From Bacteroidia bacterium (GTDB lineage Bacteria; Bacteroidota; Bacteroidia; NS11-12g; UBA9320), in contig CBDCFW010000004.1 of assembly GCA_965216465.1 (NCBI GenBank), positions 128,001-192,000 of the forward strand: 64,000 nt of DNA, read 5' to 3'. The notes under the pieces were generated by a model. The model did not search any database. It saw nothing but the letters and a program-made list of their open reading frames with translations, and had not been told where the DNA came from. Shown here piece by piece: positions 1-11,222 of the stretch. The position numbers and the translations under genes are program-made. Position 1 is the stretch's first letter, and every line of letters begins with the position of its first letter.

Positions 1-2
1 TG

Positions 3-950
3 GGGTATTTTGAATATGCAACGGTTATTGATGAAATCGCTCAGGTCTGTGGTTCTATTGGATTATCGACAGCAGCACATAATTCGTTGTGTACAGGACA
101 TATCTTGTCGTTCGGAAATGAAGAACAGAAAAAGAAGTACCTGCCAAAGCTTGCATCTGCAGAGTGGATTGGTGCTTGGGGATTAACTGAAGCCAATACA
201 GGTAGTGATGCTATGCGTATGCAATGTGTTGCTAAGAAAGTAGAAGGAGGCTGGGTAATCAACGGATCAAAAACTTGGATTACTCACGGTAAGTCGGGAG
301 ATGTTGCAGTGGTGTTGGCTCGAACTGGAGACTTACTCGATAGTCGAGGTATTTCAGCTTTTGTTGTAGAAAGAGGAACCGAAGGATTTAAAGCCGGTAA
401 GAAAGAGAATAAATTAGGAATGCGCGCTTCCGAAACAGCCGAAATGGTTTTTGAAGAATGTTTTATTCCAGACGAGAATCTTTTAGGTGAAGAAGGAGAA
501 GGGTTTATTCAGGCGATGAAGATTTTAGATGGAGGTAGAATTTCTATAGCAGCATTATCGCTAGGAATTGCAAAAGGAGCTTACAAAGCATCGATTCAAT
601 ACAGTAAAGAGCGTGAGCAATTTGGGCAGCCAATATCCAATTTTCAAGGGATTAGTTTTAAGCTGGCAGATATGGCAACGGAGATTGAAGCATCTCAATT
701 GCTAATTGACCAGTCTTGTTACTTGAAAAATGCAGGATTACCGATGACCAAAGAGAGTGCAATGGCCAAGTATTATGCTTCGGAAGTTGCAGTAAAAGCA
801 AGTACAGAAGCTATTCAAATATTTGGCGGAAATGGCTATACTAAAAACTATCCGGTAGAGAAGTTTTATCGTGATTCTAAACTGTGTACTATTGGTGAGG
901 GAACGTCAGAAATTCAAAAATTGGTGATTTCAAGACAAATTTTAAAATAG
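3..950 (+). CDS. Acyl-CoA dehydrogenase (5'-truncated by window edge)
   Basis: Frame is open from base 3 ([30 protein letters not shown]). ACAD motifs: [57 protein letters not shown]. Confidence 0.93.
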   Translation, partial: GYFEYATVIDEIAQVCGSIGLSTAAHNSLCTGHILSFGNEEQKKKYLPKLASAEWIGAWGLTEANTGSDAMRMQCVAKKVEGGWVINGSKTWITHGKSGDVAVVLARTGDLLDSRGISAFVVERGTEGFKAGKKENKLGMRASETAEMVFEECFIPDENLLGEEGEGFIQAMKILDGGRISIAALSLGIAKGAYKASIQYSKEREQFGQPISNFQGISFKLADMATEIEASQLLIDQSCYLKNAGLPMTKESAMAKYYASEVAVKASTEAIQIFGGNGYTKNYPVEKFYRDSKLCTIGEGTSEIQKLVISRQILK

Positions 951-976
951 ATTTTACGCTATTCAAAAAAAACAAC

Positions 977-984
977 TAATTTTG
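977..984 (+). promoter_or_regulatory. Bacteroidota sigma-A -7 element (TAATTTTG) for rpsU
   Basis: Exact TAnnTTTG match, 17 nt upstream of the rpsU ATG. Confidence 0.7.
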
Positions 985-1001
985 CAGTCATTTTTTAAGA
1001 A

Positions 1002-1193
1002 ATGCTAATAATAAATTTAAAAGAAACGGATACGATCGACAAGGCTTTAAAGAAGTACAAGAAGAAGTTTGAGAAAACTGGTGTAATCAAACAATTACGT
1101 GAGAGACAACAGTTTACTAAGCCTTCTGTAAAAAGACGTAAAGAAATTATTAAAGCGAAGTACAAAGAAACTTTGCGAAATAATAATTCTTAA
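1002..1193 (+). CDS. rpsU: 30S ribosomal protein bS21
   Basis: 63-aa basic protein with IDKALKKYKKK and FTKPSVKRR; has Tyr54; rpsU-xerC-hpf synteny. Confidence 0.96.
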   Translation: MLIINLKETDTIDKALKKYKKKFEKTGVIKQLRERQQFTKPSVKRRKEIIKAKYKETLRNNNS

Positions 1194-1246
1194 TTCGACA
1201 CGTCGGTTTTATTTCTTCTTGAAAAGCAGTAAATTGGCACATCAGA

Positions 1247-2143
1247 TTGAGTGCTAAATTTCCATACCAAGAAGAGTTTAAAACTTATCTTAAGGTTCTT
1301 AAGAACTATTCAGAAAATACATTAACTGCCTACGTTAAAGACGTAGAGCAGTTTTTTGTTTTTATAGGCCAACCAAATGGCCCAGCATTTTTAGACAACC
1401 TAACAAGTCGAGACGTTCGGAGTTGGGTTCGTCATTTGGCAGAAAATGCCATTGTTCCCAAAACCATTCATCGGAAAGTTAGTAGTGTAAAGTCGTTCGC
1501 TCGATTTCTACATAAGCAACAAATAATAGCAGAGCCTAAATCAATAGAGATTACGCTTCCTAAATTGAACAAGTCGATTCCGGCTTATGTAAAAGTAGAT
1601 GAGTTGAGTGCGGTGATGGATCGATTAGCTGCTTCGTTGAGCGATTATCAGAGTTATTTGGAATTTACCATCTTGGTAACTTTTTATCATACCGGCATGC
1701 GTAGATCCGAGTTAATTGGTTTAGAGCATCGTCAGGTTAATCTTAAGAAAAAGGAAATCAGAGTGATAGGTAAGGGGAACAAGGAGCGGGTAATTCCATT
1801 AGGGCCTGAGATAATTCGACATATCACAAAATTTAATGAGATAAAAGACCAAGAAGGCATTGATTCGAATTATATTTTTTGTAACTTCGATGGTAAGAAA
1901 TTAGGTGACAAATTGGTATACAACTTAATTAATAAATTATTGAGCTCTACATACTCTGGGAAGAAAAGTCCACACGTACTTCGACACAGCTTTGCAACAC
2001 ATTTGCTTCAAAACGGAGCAGACATCAACGCAATTAAAGAATTGCTGGGTCATAGCAGTTTGAGTGCTACTCAGATTTATGCTCACAATGACATTGCTCA
2101 ATTAAAAAAGGTGTACCAAAAAACTCACCCATTTTCAGATTAA
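1247..2143 (+). CDS. xerC: Tyrosine recombinase, XerC-like
   Basis: TGMRRSEL (R), GKGNKER (K), [10 protein letters not shown] (HxxR), [12 protein letters not shown] (H, Y); N-terminal [12 protein letters not shown] start is uncertain. Confidence 0.85.
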   Translation: MSAKFPYQEEFKTYLKVLKNYSENTLTAYVKDVEQFFVFIGQPNGPAFLDNLTSRDVRSWVRHLAENAIVPKTIHRKVSSVKSFARFLHKQQIIAEPKSIEITLPKLNKSIPAYVKVDELSAVMDRLAASLSDYQSYLEFTILVTFYHTGMRRSELIGLEHRQVNLKKKEIRVIGKGNKERVIPLGPEIIRHITKFNEIKDQEGIDSNYIFCNFDGKKLGDKLVYNLINKLLSSTYSGKKSPHVLRHSFATHLLQNGADINAIKELLGHSSLSATQIYAHNDIAQLKKVYQKTHPFSD

Positions 2144-2170
2144 CATTTATTTAAACCAAAATAGAAAAAC

Positions 2171-2470
2171 ATGGACATTCAAATTCAATCAATTCATTTT
2201 AAAGCGGATCGTAAACTTAAAGATTTCATTGTAAAGAAAATTGAGAAGTTAAGTACGTTTTATGATGGGATAATAGATGCTCAGGTCTATTTGAAAGTCG
2301 AGAATACATCTTTAAAAGAAAATAAAATCGTAGAGATCAAGGTTAACGCGAAGCATAACAGCTTTATTAAGACCGAGATAGCACAGTCGTTTGAGGCAGC
2401 AACTGATGCTGCTGTAGACGCACTTAAGGTGCAAGTAAAACGCCGAAAAGGACGCTTGGAAGTGCACTAA
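2171..2470 (+). CDS. raiA: Ribosome hibernation factor HPF/RaiA (short form)
   Basis: 99 aa; IQIQSIHFKADRKL...SFEAATDAAVDALKVQVKRRK. Confidence 0.9.
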   Translation: MDIQIQSIHFKADRKLKDFIVKKIEKLSTFYDGIIDAQVYLKVENTSLKENKIVEIKVNAKHNSFIKTEIAQSFEAATDAAVDALKVQVKRRKGRLEVH

Positions 2471-2538
2471 AAAAGAGTGCAAAAACTACCTGATTTTAGC
2501 CTTCAAATTTTTTCTTACATTTTTTTTATTCAAAGGGG

Positions 2539-2567
2539 TTGAACTATAAAAAAAATACTTACCTTTG
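2539..2567 (+). promoter_or_regulatory. Sigma-A promoter of the tRNA-tuf operon (-33 TTG, -7 TACCTTTG)
   Basis: TTG at 2539-2541 and TACCTTTG at 2560-2567, ahead of the first tRNA. Confidence 0.7.
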
Positions 2568-2638
2568 CCCACCTTAAAATCAAGCAGGGTTAAAAAAGTT
2601 TAGTTCTTTGAGTATAACCTGTTGGTTTTAAACATATT

Positions 2639-2711
2639 GCCACCTTAGCTCAGTTGGTAGAGCAGCTGATTTGTAATCAGCCGGTCGTTGGTTCGAGTCC
2701 AATAGGTGGCT
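2639..2711 (+). tRNA. tRNA-Thr(UGU)
   Basis: Acceptor GCCACCT/AGGTGGC; anticodon arm CTGAT-TTGTAA-TCAG; GTTCGA T-loop; CCA not encoded. Confidence 0.96.
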
Positions 2712-2720
2712 CTTTTCTCT

Positions 2721-2801
2721 GGGGAGGTACCAGAGCGGTCAAATGGGACGGACTGTAAATCCGTTGCTTCGGCTACGTAGGTTCGAATCCTACCCTCCCC
2801 A
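2721..2801 (+). tRNA. tRNA-Tyr(GUA)
   Basis: Acceptor GGGGAGG/CCTCCCC; arm ACGGA-CTGTAAA-TCCGT; long variable arm with GCTTCGGC; GGTTCGAATCC. Confidence 0.96.
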
Positions 2802-2827
2802 CTGTTTAAAGTTAAGCAATATGTAAT

Positions 2828-2900
2828 GCGGGAGTAGCTCAGTTGGTAGAGCGACAGCCTTCCAAGCTGTAGGTCGCGGGTTCGAGCCTCGTCTCCCGCT
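2828..2900 (+). tRNA. tRNA-Gly(UCC)
   Basis: Acceptor GCGGGAG/CTCCCGC; arm ACAGC-CTTCCAA-GCTGT; GGTTCGAGCC. Confidence 0.96.
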
Positions 2901-3026
2901 CAATACTTTTTGAGCAAATCTCGAAAAGGGTCAAAGTTTAAAACTTTGTTATTTAGTATATGAGTAAATGATAGATTGTACTTGTACCCTCTTGATTTAT
3001 TCCTGAACAATTGTTTATTTATTTAA

Positions 3027-3098
3027 GCCGACGTAGCTCAGGGGTAGAGCGTTTCCTTGGTAAGGAAGAGGTCGTGAGTTCAAATCTCATCGTTGGCT
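3027..3098 (+). tRNA. tRNA-Thr(GGU)
   Basis: Acceptor GCCGACG/CGTTGGC; arm TTCCT-TGGTA-AGGAA; GTTCAAAT T-loop. Confidence 0.95.
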
Positions 3099-3139
3099 CA
3101 ATTTTATATATATAAAAAAGAAGATTAATTTAATTTATC

Positions 3140-4327
3140 ATGTCAAAAGCAACATTTGATCGTTCTAAAGAACACGTAAACATCGGAACTATCGGTCACG
3201 TAGACCACGGTAAGACCACCTTAACTGCCGCGATTAGTTCTGTACTGTCTAATCAAGGATTAGCTGAGAAGAAAGATTTCGATACTATCGATTCTGCTCC
3301 AGAAGAGAAAGAAAGAGGTATTACCATTAACACTGCTCACATTGAGTACCAAACAGCAACAAGACACTATGCTCACGTTGACTGTCCAGGTCACGCCGAC
3401 TATGTAAAGAACATGGTTACTGGTGCTGCTCAAATGGACGGTGCTATCTTAGTAGTAGCAGCTACTGATGGTCCTATGCCACAAACTAAAGAGCACATCC
3501 TTCTTGCAAGACAAGTTGGTGTACCTAGACTTGTTGTATTTATGAACAAAGTTGATATGGTAGACGACGAAGAGTTATTAGAACTTGTTGAGATTGAAAT
3601 CAGAGAACTTTTAGGATTCTACGAGTTTGATGAAGATAATACTCCTATCATCCAAGGTTCTGCACTTGGAGCATTAAACGGAGAGCAAAAATGGGTTGAT
3701 ACTGTTTCTGAATTAATGGAAGCTGTTGATAACTGGATTCCAGTTCCTCCACGTTTGACTGACCAACCTTTCTTGATGCCAGTTGAGGACGTATTCTCTA
3801 TTACAGGTAGAGGTACAGTTGCTACAGGTAGAATCGAAAGAGGTGTTATCAATGTGAGTGACGCTGTAGATATTATCGGTATGGGTGCTGACGGTCTTAA
3901 GTCTGTTTGTACTGGAGTTGAGATGTTCAGAAAAATTCTTGATAGAGGACAAGCTGGTGACAACGCTGGTATCCTATTAAGAGGTATTGAGAAAACTGAT
4001 ATCAGAAGAGGTATGGTAATCGTAGCTCCTGGGTCTGTTACTCCACACACTAAGTTTAAAGCAGAGATCTACGTACTTTCTAAAGAAGAAGGTGGACGTC
4101 ATACTCCATTCTTTAACAAGTACAGACCTCAGTTCTACTTCAGAACTACTGACGTAACTGGTGAAATCATGTTACCAGACGGAACTGAAATGGTTATGCC
4201 AGGTGATAACGTTACTATCACTGTTGAATTAATCAACGCTGTAGCGATGGAAAAAGGATTGAAATTCGCTATCAGAGAAGGTGGACGTACAGTAGGTGCC
4301 GGACAGGTTACTGAAATTTTAGAATAA
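3140..4327 (+). CDS. tuf: Elongation factor Tu
   Basis: [41 protein letters not shown]. Confidence 0.99.
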   Translation: MSKATFDRSKEHVNIGTIGHVDHGKTTLTAAISSVLSNQGLAEKKDFDTIDSAPEEKERGITINTAHIEYQTATRHYAHVDCPGHADYVKNMVTGAAQMDGAILVVAATDGPMPQTKEHILLARQVGVPRLVVFMNKVDMVDDEELLELVEIEIRELLGFYEFDEDNTPIIQGSALGALNGEQKWVDTVSELMEAVDNWIPVPPRLTDQPFLMPVEDVFSITGRGTVATGRIERGVINVSDAVDIIGMGADGLKSVCTGVEMFRKILDRGQAGDNAGILLRGIEKTDIRRGMVIVAPGSVTPHTKFKAEIYVLSKEEGGRHTPFFNKYRPQFYFRTTDVTGEIMLPDGTEMVMPGDNVTITVELINAVAMEKGLKFAIREGGRTVGAGQVTEILE

Positions 4328-4347
4328 TCAGAATATATAAGGCACAA

Positions 4348-4421
4348 ACGGGTGTAGCTCAGCTGGCCAGAGCACTGGTCTCCAAAACCAGGTGTCGGGA
4401 GTTCGAATCTCTCCACCCGTG
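4348..4421 (+). tRNA. tRNA-Trp(CCA)
   Basis: Acceptor ACGGGTG/CACCCGT; arm CTGGT-CTCCAAA-ACCAG; lies between tuf and secE as usual. Confidence 0.96.
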
Positions 4422-4433
4422 CAATTAATACAT

Positions 4434-4628
4434 ATGAGTAGGATAGTTAAAATCTGGAAGGAAACGACAGACGAGTTAATTAATAAAGTAACTTGGCCAA
4501 CATGGGAAGAGTTAAGAAGCAGCACGTGGATTGTTATTGTTGCATCTATTCTTTTCGCATTGGCGATTGCCATCATCGATAAAGGTTTTGGTGAATTTAT
4601 GAAGATACTTTATAGTTTATTAGGCTAA
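4434..4628 (+). CDS. secE: Preprotein translocase subunit SecE
   Basis: ELINKVTWPTWEEL motif plus one TM helix. Start moved to ATG 4434 because the track start (4392) lies inside tRNA-Trp. Confidence 0.94.
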   Translation: MSRIVKIWKETTDELINKVTWPTWEELRSSTWIVIVASILFALAIAIIDKGFGEFMKILYSLLG

Positions 4629-4630
4629 AA

Positions 4631-5179
4631 ATGGAAAAGATTAAGGAGGAATTTAAGTGGTACGTGGTTAGGGCCATTAGTGGTCAGGAGAAAAAAGTTA
4701 AGGCGATTATCGAGTCTGAACTTGCACACGAAGGACTGACTAAGTATGTTCCTGAAATCCTTATCCCTACTCAAAAAGTATTTGAAATTAAAAATGGAAA
4801 AAAGACCTCGAAAGAAAAGTCTTATTTTCCAGGATACATTCTTATTAATGCACATCTAGTTGGAGAGGTTGTTCCTACGATTAGAGCGGTTAATGGGGTT
4901 GTTGGTTTCTTAGGTCAGGATGGAGAACCTGTACCAATGAGACAAAGTGAAGTTAACAGAATCTTCGGACAGGTTGATGAAAGCAACCAAGAAGGAGAAA
5001 GCAACGTTAATCCATACATTGTTGGAGAATTTGTAAAAGTAACAGATGGTCCATTTAGCGGATTTAGCGGAGTAATTGAAGAGGTTAACGAAGAGAAGAA
5101 AAAATTAAAAGTAATGGTGAAGATTTTCGGAAGAAAAACACCATTAGAATTAAATTATATACAAGTAGAAAAAGAATAG
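4631..5179 (+). CDS. nusG: Transcription termination/antitermination factor NusG
   Basis: [23 protein letters not shown] motif [18 protein letters not shown]. Confidence 0.97.
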   Translation: MEKIKEEFKWYVVRAISGQEKKVKAIIESELAHEGLTKYVPEILIPTQKVFEIKNGKKTSKEKSYFPGYILINAHLVGEVVPTIRAVNGVVGFLGQDGEPVPMRQSEVNRIFGQVDESNQEGESNVNPYIVGEFVKVTDGPFSGFSGVIEEVNEEKKKLKVMVKIFGRKTPLELNYIQVEKE

Positions 5180-5183
5180 CTTT

Positions 5184-5627
5184 ATGGCTAAGCAAATTAA
5201 AGGATACGTAAAATTACAAGTTAGAGGTGGTGCAGCTAATCCTGCTCCTCCTGTTGGTCCAGCATTAGGTGCTAAAGGGGTTAACATCATGGATTTTTGT
5301 AAACAATTCAATGCAAGAACCCAAGATAGACCAGGTAAAGTACTTCCTGTAGTTATCACGGTATACCAAGATAACTCATTCGACTTTATCATTAAAACTC
5401 CACCAGTTGCTTCTCAATTGCTTGAAGCTACTAAGAAGAAAAGCGGATCAGCTGAGCCAAACAGAGTAAAAGTAGCAAAAGTTACTTGGGATCAGGTGAA
5501 GACTATTGCTGAAGACAAAATGAAAGACTTAAATGCGATGACTGTTGGGTCAGCTATGAAAATGGTTGCTGGTACAGCTCGCAGTATGGGTATAACTGTT
5601 ACCGGACAGTTTCCGGAAGATAATTAA
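5184..5627 (+). CDS. rplK: 50S ribosomal protein uL11
   Basis: [28 protein letters not shown]. Confidence 0.99.
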   Translation: MAKQIKGYVKLQVRGGAANPAPPVGPALGAKGVNIMDFCKQFNARTQDRPGKVLPVVITVYQDNSFDFIIKTPPVASQLLEATKKKSGSAEPNRVKVAKVTWDQVKTIAEDKMKDLNAMTVGSAMKMVAGTARSMGITVTGQFPEDN

Positions 5628-5645
5628 TAATTATCGTTAAACATT

Positions 5646-6338
5646 ATGGCAAGATTATCAAAAAAGAGAAAGGAAGCTCTATCGAAGTACGATAGAGATG
5701 CATTCCACAGCTTGCAAGAAGCAAGTGAGATTGTCAAGAAGATCACCACTTCTAAGTTTGACGCTTCTGTTGATTTAGACGTAAAACTTGGGGTTGATCC
5801 TCGACAAGCAAATCAAATGGTAAGAGGTACTACCTCATTACCTCATGGTATCGGTAAAGAAGTGAAAGTATTGGCACTTGTTACTCCAGATAAGGAGCAA
5901 GAAGCTAAAGATGCTGGAGCTGATTTTGTAGGTTTAGACGAGTTCATCACCAAAATTGAAGGTGGATGGCTTGATATTGATGTTATCATCACTATGCCTG
6001 CAGTTATGGGTAAAATTGGTAGACTAGGTAGAGTATTAGGACCTAGAAACTTAATGCCAAACCCAAAAAGTGGTACTGTAACAATGGACATCGGAAAAGC
6101 TGTTACTGAAATTAAAGCAGGTAAGATTGATTTTAAAGTTGACAAAACTGGAATCATTCACACTTCAATCGGTAAAGTTTCTTTTGATGCAGACAAGATT
6201 TACGACAATGCTAAAGAATTGGTGGATACACTTACAAGACTTAAGCCAAGTGCTGCTAAAGGTACTTACTTCCAAAGCATTACTTTGTCTAGCACCATGA
6301 GTCCTGGAATTAAAATAGATACTAAAACAATCGCTTAA
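5646..6338 (+). CDS. rplA: 50S ribosomal protein uL1
   Basis: [37 protein letters not shown]. Confidence 0.99.
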   Translation: MARLSKKRKEALSKYDRDAFHSLQEASEIVKKITTSKFDASVDLDVKLGVDPRQANQMVRGTTSLPHGIGKEVKVLALVTPDKEQEAKDAGADFVGLDEFITKIEGGWLDIDVIITMPAVMGKIGRLGRVLGPRNLMPNPKSGTVTMDIGKAVTEIKAGKIDFKVDKTGIIHTSIGKVSFDADKIYDNAKELVDTLTRLKPSAAKGTYFQSITLSSTMSPGIKIDTKTIA

Positions 6339-6362
6339 GTTTAACCAGTTAAAAGATTAGAA

Positions 6363-6884
6363 ATGAACAGAGAACAAAAAAACATTGCAATTGACGAATT
6401 GGTTGAAAACTTAAAAGAATTTCAATACGTATACGTTACTGACAGCTCAAACTTATCGGCAAACGATAACAACAGCTTGAGAAAACTGTTACATAAAAAC
6501 GGTGTCAAAATGCAGGTGATCAAGAATACCTTCGTTCACAAAGCATTAGAGCGCGGAGAATTTGAGTGGGGAGAATTAAAAGACACATTAAAAGGTACAA
6601 CGGCACTCTTATTTGCTTCCAATCCTAAAGCACCAGCTATCGCTATCCAAGAGTTCCGTAAAAAAAGCGATAGACCGTTACTAAAGGGTGCTTATATTGA
6701 CTCTGACGTCTTTATTGGTGATGATCAACTAGGATCACTAGTCGATCTGAAAACAAGAGAAGAACTTGTTGGAGAAATTATTGGTCTGTTGAGATCTCCT
6801 GCAACCAATGTTATTTCTGCTTTGAAATCAAGTGGAAATACAATCGCAGGATTATTGAAAACTTTGGCCGAGAAAGAAAATTAA
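6363..6884 (+). CDS. rplJ: 50S ribosomal protein uL10
   Basis: MNREQK start, VIKNT, REELVGEIIGLLRSP; sits between rplA and rplL. Confidence 0.96.
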   Translation: MNREQKNIAIDELVENLKEFQYVYVTDSSNLSANDNNSLRKLLHKNGVKMQVIKNTFVHKALERGEFEWGELKDTLKGTTALLFASNPKAPAIAIQEFRKKSDRPLLKGAYIDSDVFIGDDQLGSLVDLKTREELVGEIIGLLRSPATNVISALKSSGNTIAGLLKTLAEKEN

Positions 6885-6919
6885 AATTTTAACAAAACAC
6901 ATTTAAACACAAACAAAAA

Positions 6920-7300
6920 ATGGCTGACATTAAAAAATTAGCAGAAGAATTGGTTAATCTTTCAGTGAAAGATGTAAACGAATTAGCAACTATACTTAAA
7001 GATGAGTATGGTATTGAGCCAGCAGCTGCTCCAGTAGCAGTAGCAGCAGGTCCAGCAGCAGGTGGTGAAGCAGGTGGTGCTGAAGAGCAAACTGAATTCA
7101 CAGTAATCCTTAAATCTGCTGGTGCTTCTAAGTTACAGGTAGTAAAAGTTGTTAAAGAACTTACTGGCCTAGGACTTAAAGAAGCTAAAGAAATAGTTGA
7201 CTCAGCTCCAAAAGAGATTAAAGAAGATGTTTCTAAAGAAGAAGCAGATGCTTTAAAATCTAAACTTGAAGAAGCAGGAGCTGAAGTTGAACTTAAGTAA
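6920..7300 (+). CDS. rplL: 50S ribosomal protein bL12
   Basis: Ala-rich hinge, [27 protein letters not shown]. Confidence 0.99.
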   Translation: MADIKKLAEELVNLSVKDVNELATILKDEYGIEPAAAPVAVAAGPAAGGEAGGAEEQTEFTVILKSAGASKLQVVKVVKELTGLGLKEAKEIVDSAPKEIKEDVSKEEADALKSKLEEAGAEVELK

Positions 7301-7321
7301 TTCTTAAATACAACACGTTCG

Positions 7322-7350
7322 AAAGACCCCTGAATATCAGTGGGTCTTTT
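7322..7350 (+). terminator. Hairpin terminator/attenuator between rplL and rpoB
   Basis: AAAGACCC-CTGA..TCAG-T-GGGTCTTT stem followed by T's. Confidence 0.7.
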
Positions 7351-7395
7351 GGCGTTTTTAAATTTTTATCATTTTAACACCAAACATTTTTAACC

Positions 7396-10300
7396 TTGTC
7401 ATCAAAATATAACGAAAGAATAAATTTTGGGAGAATCGAAAAAGTTATCGATTATCCTGATTTCTTAGATGTACAGTTAAAGTCTTTTCAAGAATTCTTC
7501 CAATTAGATACCTCTTCAGAGGATCGTAAGTTTGAAGGTTTATTTAAGGTATTTAGTGAAAACTTCCCTATTACCGATACCCGAAACATTTTCGTATTAG
7601 AATTCTTAGACTATTTTGTTGATCCTCCTCGATACACCATCCAAGAATGTATTGAACGAGGTTTGACTTATGCTGTGCCGCTAAAAGCTAAACTTAAATT
7701 AAGCTGTAACGATATTGAGCACGAAGATTTTGAAACCGTTGTGCAGGACGTTTATTTAGGCACTCTACCTTATATGACGCCAACTGGTTCTTTCATTATA
7801 AATGGTGCAGAGCGTGTAATTGTGTCTCAATTACACAGATCGCCAGGTGTATTCTTTGGTCAAAGCTACCATACTAACGGTACTAAATTATACTCTGCGA
7901 GAATCATTCCTTTTAAAGGAAGCTGGATCGAGTTTGCTACTGACGTGAATAACGTAATGTATGCTTACATCGACCGTAAGAAAAAGTTCCCTGTTACTAC
8001 ACTGCTTAGAGCAATTGGATACGAAACAGATAAAGATATTCTTGATCTATTCGGCCTTGCTGAAGATGTTAAAGTAACTAAAACCTCGCTTAAGAAAATG
8101 CTTGGTAGAAGACTTGCTGCGAGAGTTCTTCGTTCATGGATCGAAGACTTCGTTGATGAGGATACCGGTGAGGTGGTTTCTATTGAAAGAAACGAAGTAG
8201 TTATCGAAAGGGATACTGTTCTTGAAGAAGAACACATTGAGGAAATCCTAGAAGCAGGTGTAAAAACAATCATTCTTAGCAAAGAGAATGACGATAAGAA
8301 CGACTTCCAAATCATTCTTAACACGCTTCAAAAAGATACTTCAAACTCAGGAAAGGAAGCGGTTGAACATATCTACCGTCAGTTAAGAAATACTGATCCA
8401 CCTGATGAAGAAACAGCTCGTGGTATTATTGAAAGATTATTCTTCTCTGATAAACGTTACGATTTAGGAGAAGTTGGTAGATACCGAATCAATAAAAAAC
8501 TTGAACTTGATATTGAAAATAATATCAGAGTTCTTACTAACGAAGACATCATCTCAATCATCCAATACTTGATCGAGCTTGTTAACTCAAGAACCGATGT
8601 CGACGATATTGACCACTTAAGTAACAGAAGGGTAAGAACTGTTGGAGAGCAGTTGTATAACCAGTTTGGTGTAGGTCTTGCACGTATGGCCAGAACCATT
8701 CGTGAAAGAATGAATATTCGTGATAACGAGGTATTTACACCAACTGACTTAATCAACGCAAGAACGCTTTCTTCAGTGATTAACTCGTTCTTTGGAACGA
8801 ACCAACTTTCTCAGTTTATGGACCAAACAAACCCTCTTGCAGAGGTAACGCACAAGCGTAGAATGTCTGCATTAGGACCTGGTGGTTTATCAAGAGAAAG
8901 AGCAGGGTTCGAGGTAAGGGACGTTCACTATACGCACTACGGTCGTTTGTGTACGATTGAAACTCCTGAGGGTCCAAACATTGGTCTTATTTCTTCTCTT
9001 TGTGTACACGCTAAAATCAACCACCTTGGATTTATTGAAACTCCATATAGAAAGGTTGAAAATGGTAAAGTAAAAATCAACGAAGATGTTGTTTACTTAA
9101 GTGCTGAAGAGGAAGACGAACACATTATCGCTCAAGCTAACGCTCCATTCGATAAGAAAGGTAACTTCACTAACGATTTGGTAAAAGCTCGTTTTGAAGG
9201 TGATTTCCCAATCGAACCTAAGGAGAATATTAGCTACATGGATGTTGCTCCGAACCAAATCGTTTCGATTGCGGCATCACTTATTCCTTTCTTAGAGCAC
9301 GATGATGCTAACCGTGCTTTGATGGGATCGAACATGCAGCGTCAAGCAGTTCCTATTATGAATCCTGAAGCTCCTATCGTAGGAACAGGATTAGAAGGAC
9401 AAGTTGCTAAAGATTCTAGAACTCAGTTGGTTGCTGAAGGAACGGGTAAGGTTGAATATGTTGATGCGAACGAAATTCGAATCAAATACGACCTTACTGA
9501 TGATGATATGTTGGCAAGCTTTATTGGCGACACCAAAACGTATTATCTAACGAAGTTCAGAAGAACCAACCAAAATATGACTGTAAACCTTAGACCTCTA
9601 GTGGTTAAAGGAGATAAGGTTAAAAAAGGACAGGTCTTAAGCGAAGGTTATGGTACACAAGGAGGTGAATTAGCTCTAGGTAGAAACCTTAAAGTGGCGT
9701 TCATGCCATGGCAAGGGTATAACTTTGAGGATGCGATTGTGATTTCAGAGAAAGTAGTTAAGGATGACTTCTTTACTTCTATCCATATCACTGAGCATGA
9801 TGTAGAAGTTAGAGATACCAAAAGAGGTATTGAAGAGTTAACTAACGATATTCCAAACGTAAGTGAGGAAGCAACTAAGAATCTTGACGAAAACGGATTG
9901 ATTCGTGTTGGTGCTCGTATCAAAGAAGGTGATATCTTAATCGGAAAGATTACTCCTAAAGGAGAGTCTGAGCCTTCTCCAGAAGAAAAACTATTAAGAG
10001 CAATCTTTGGTGATAAAGCTGGTGATGTTAAGGATGCTTCGTTAAAAGCAACTCCATCAAAAGAAGGAGTTGTTGTAGCTAAACAATTGTTCACTAGAAC
10101 TAAGAAAGATAGAGCGAACAAAGCTGAAGATAAAACTAAGCTTACTAAACTTGAAAACGAGCACTTGATTGAGCTTGACAAGCTTAGAGCTTTATTACTT
10201 GAGAAATTATTTAAAGTAGTTTCAGGTAAAACTTCTGCTGGTGTTTCTAATGTTTACTACGAAGAAGTAATTCCTAAAGGAACCAAGTTTACTTTAAAGA

Positions 10301-11202
10301 ACTTAGCAACTGTTGATTTCGCAACCGTTTCTTATAACAATTGGACTTCAGATGAAGAGAAGAATGCATTAATTGCACGAATCCTTTCTAACTACAAGTC
10401 TAAACTTACTGAAGTTGTTACTGCATACAAACGTGAGCAGTTTACTATAAGCGTAGGAGACGAATTGCCAACGGGTATTTTGAAACTTGCGAAAGTTTAT
10501 TTAGCTAAGAAACGTAAGCTTAAAGTTGGAGATAAAATGGCGGGTCGTCACGGTAACAAAGGTATTGTTGCTAAGATCGTTCCTGAAGAGGATATGCCAT
10601 ACCTTGAAGATGGAACTCCAGTAGATATCGTTCTTAACCCATTAGGTGTACCTTCTCGTATGAACCTTGGACAGATTTATGAAACTGTTCTTGGTTGGGC
10701 AGGTGAGAAATTGGGATTGAACTTTGGTACTCCAATCTTTGATGGAGCTACTGAAGCTGATATCGATGGTTACATTAATAAGGCTGAACTTCCAGACTTT
10801 GGATCTACCTACCTTTACAATGGTCTTACTGGTGAGAAATTCCACCAAAAAACTACTGTAGGTATCATTTACATGTTGAAACTAGGACACATGGTAGATG
10901 ATAAGATGCACTCTCGTTCAATCGGACCTTACTCATTAATTACTCAACAACCACTTGGAGGTAAAGCTCAGTTTGGTGGTCAGCGTTTTGGTGAGATGGA
11001 GGTTTGGGCTCTTGAGGCATTCGGTGCAGCAAACATTCTACGTGAAATCTTAACTGTGAAATCTGATGATATTATCGGTAGAGCTAAAACGTACGAAGCC
11101 ATCGTAAAAGGAGATAACATGGTTGAACCAGGTTTACCTGAATCATTCAACGTATTACTTCACGAATTGAGAGGTTTAGGAATAGAAATCACTTTTGATT
11201 AA
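7396..11202 (+). CDS. rpoB: RNA polymerase beta subunit
   Basis: [52 protein letters not shown] start. Confidence 0.99.
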   Translation: MSSKYNERINFGRIEKVIDYPDFLDVQLKSFQEFFQLDTSSEDRKFEGLFKVFSENFPITDTRNIFVLEFLDYFVDPPRYTIQECIERGLTYAVPLKAKLKLSCNDIEHEDFETVVQDVYLGTLPYMTPTGSFIINGAERVIVSQLHRSPGVFFGQSYHTNGTKLYSARIIPFKGSWIEFATDVNNVMYAYIDRKKKFPVTTLLRAIGYETDKDILDLFGLAEDVKVTKTSLKKMLGRRLAARVLRSWIEDFVDEDTGEVVSIERNEVVIERDTVLEEEHIEEILEAGVKTIILSKENDDKNDFQIILNTLQKDTSNSGKEAVEHIYRQLRNTDPPDEETARGIIERLFFSDKRYDLGEVGRYRINKKLELDIENNIRVLTNEDIISIIQYLIELVNSRTDVDDIDHLSNRRVRTVGEQLYNQFGVGLARMARTIRERMNIRDNEVFTPTDLINARTLSSVINSFFGTNQLSQFMDQTNPLAEVTHKRRMSALGPGGLSRERAGFEVRDVHYTHYGRLCTIETPEGPNIGLISSLCVHAKINHLGFIETPYRKVENGKVKINEDVVYLSAEEEDEHIIAQANAPFDKKGNFTNDLVKARFEGDFPIEPKENISYMDVAPNQIVSIAASLIPFLEHDDANRALMGSNMQRQAVPIMNPEAPIVGTGLEGQVAKDSRTQLVAEGTGKVEYVDANEIRIKYDLTDDDMLASFIGDTKTYYLTKFRRTNQNMTVNLRPLVVKGDKVKKGQVLSEGYGTQGGELALGRNLKVAFMPWQGYNFEDAIVISEKVVKDDFFTSIHITEHDVEVRDTKRGIEELTNDIPNVSEEATKNLDENGLIRVGARIKEGDILIGKITPKGESEPSPEEKLLRAIFGDKAGDVKDASLKATPSKEGVVVAKQLFTRTKKDRANKAEDKTKLTKLENEHLIELDKLRALLLEKLFKVVSGKTSAGVSNVYYEEVIPKGTKFTLKNLATVDFATVSYNNWTSDEEKNALIARILSNYKSKLTEVVTAYKREQFTISVGDELPTGILKLAKVYLAKKRKLKVGDKMAGRHGNKGIVAKIVPEEDMPYLEDGTPVDIVLNPLGVPSRMNLGQIYETVLGWAGEKLGLNFGTPIFDGATEADIDGYINKAELPDFGSTYLYNGLTGEKFHQKTTVGIIYMLKLGHMVDDKMHSRSIGPYSLITQQPLGGKAQFGGQRFGEMEVWALEAFGAANILREILTVKSDDIIGRAKTYEAIVKGDNMVEPGLPESFNVLLHELRGLGIEITFD

Positions 11203-11222
11203 TTAAAAATTTAAGTAGAAAA

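Noticed and set aside
2901-3026. Two AT-rich hairpins in the tRNA-Gly/tRNA-Thr spacer as an ncRNA or pseudo-tRNA
   Set aside because: No T-loop or cloverleaf; weak stems consistent with a processed spacer.
1247-3098. Tyrosine recombinase beside tRNAs as a sign of an integrated element
   Set aside because: rpsU-xerC-hpf-tRNAs-tuf is ordinary Bacteroidota core synteny. I saw no att-like tRNA 3' duplication or cargo genes.
2639-4421. tRNAs lacking an encoded CCA
   Set aside because: Common in this phylum; CCA is added enzymatically.
4392-4433. Extended secE N-terminus from the ORF track
   Set aside because: It overlaps tRNA-Trp; ATG 4434 gives a normal SecE.
8780-8890. Rifampicin-resistance substitutions in RpoB cluster I
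   Set aside because: The key Q, D, H and S positions ([14 protein letters not shown]) are wild-type.
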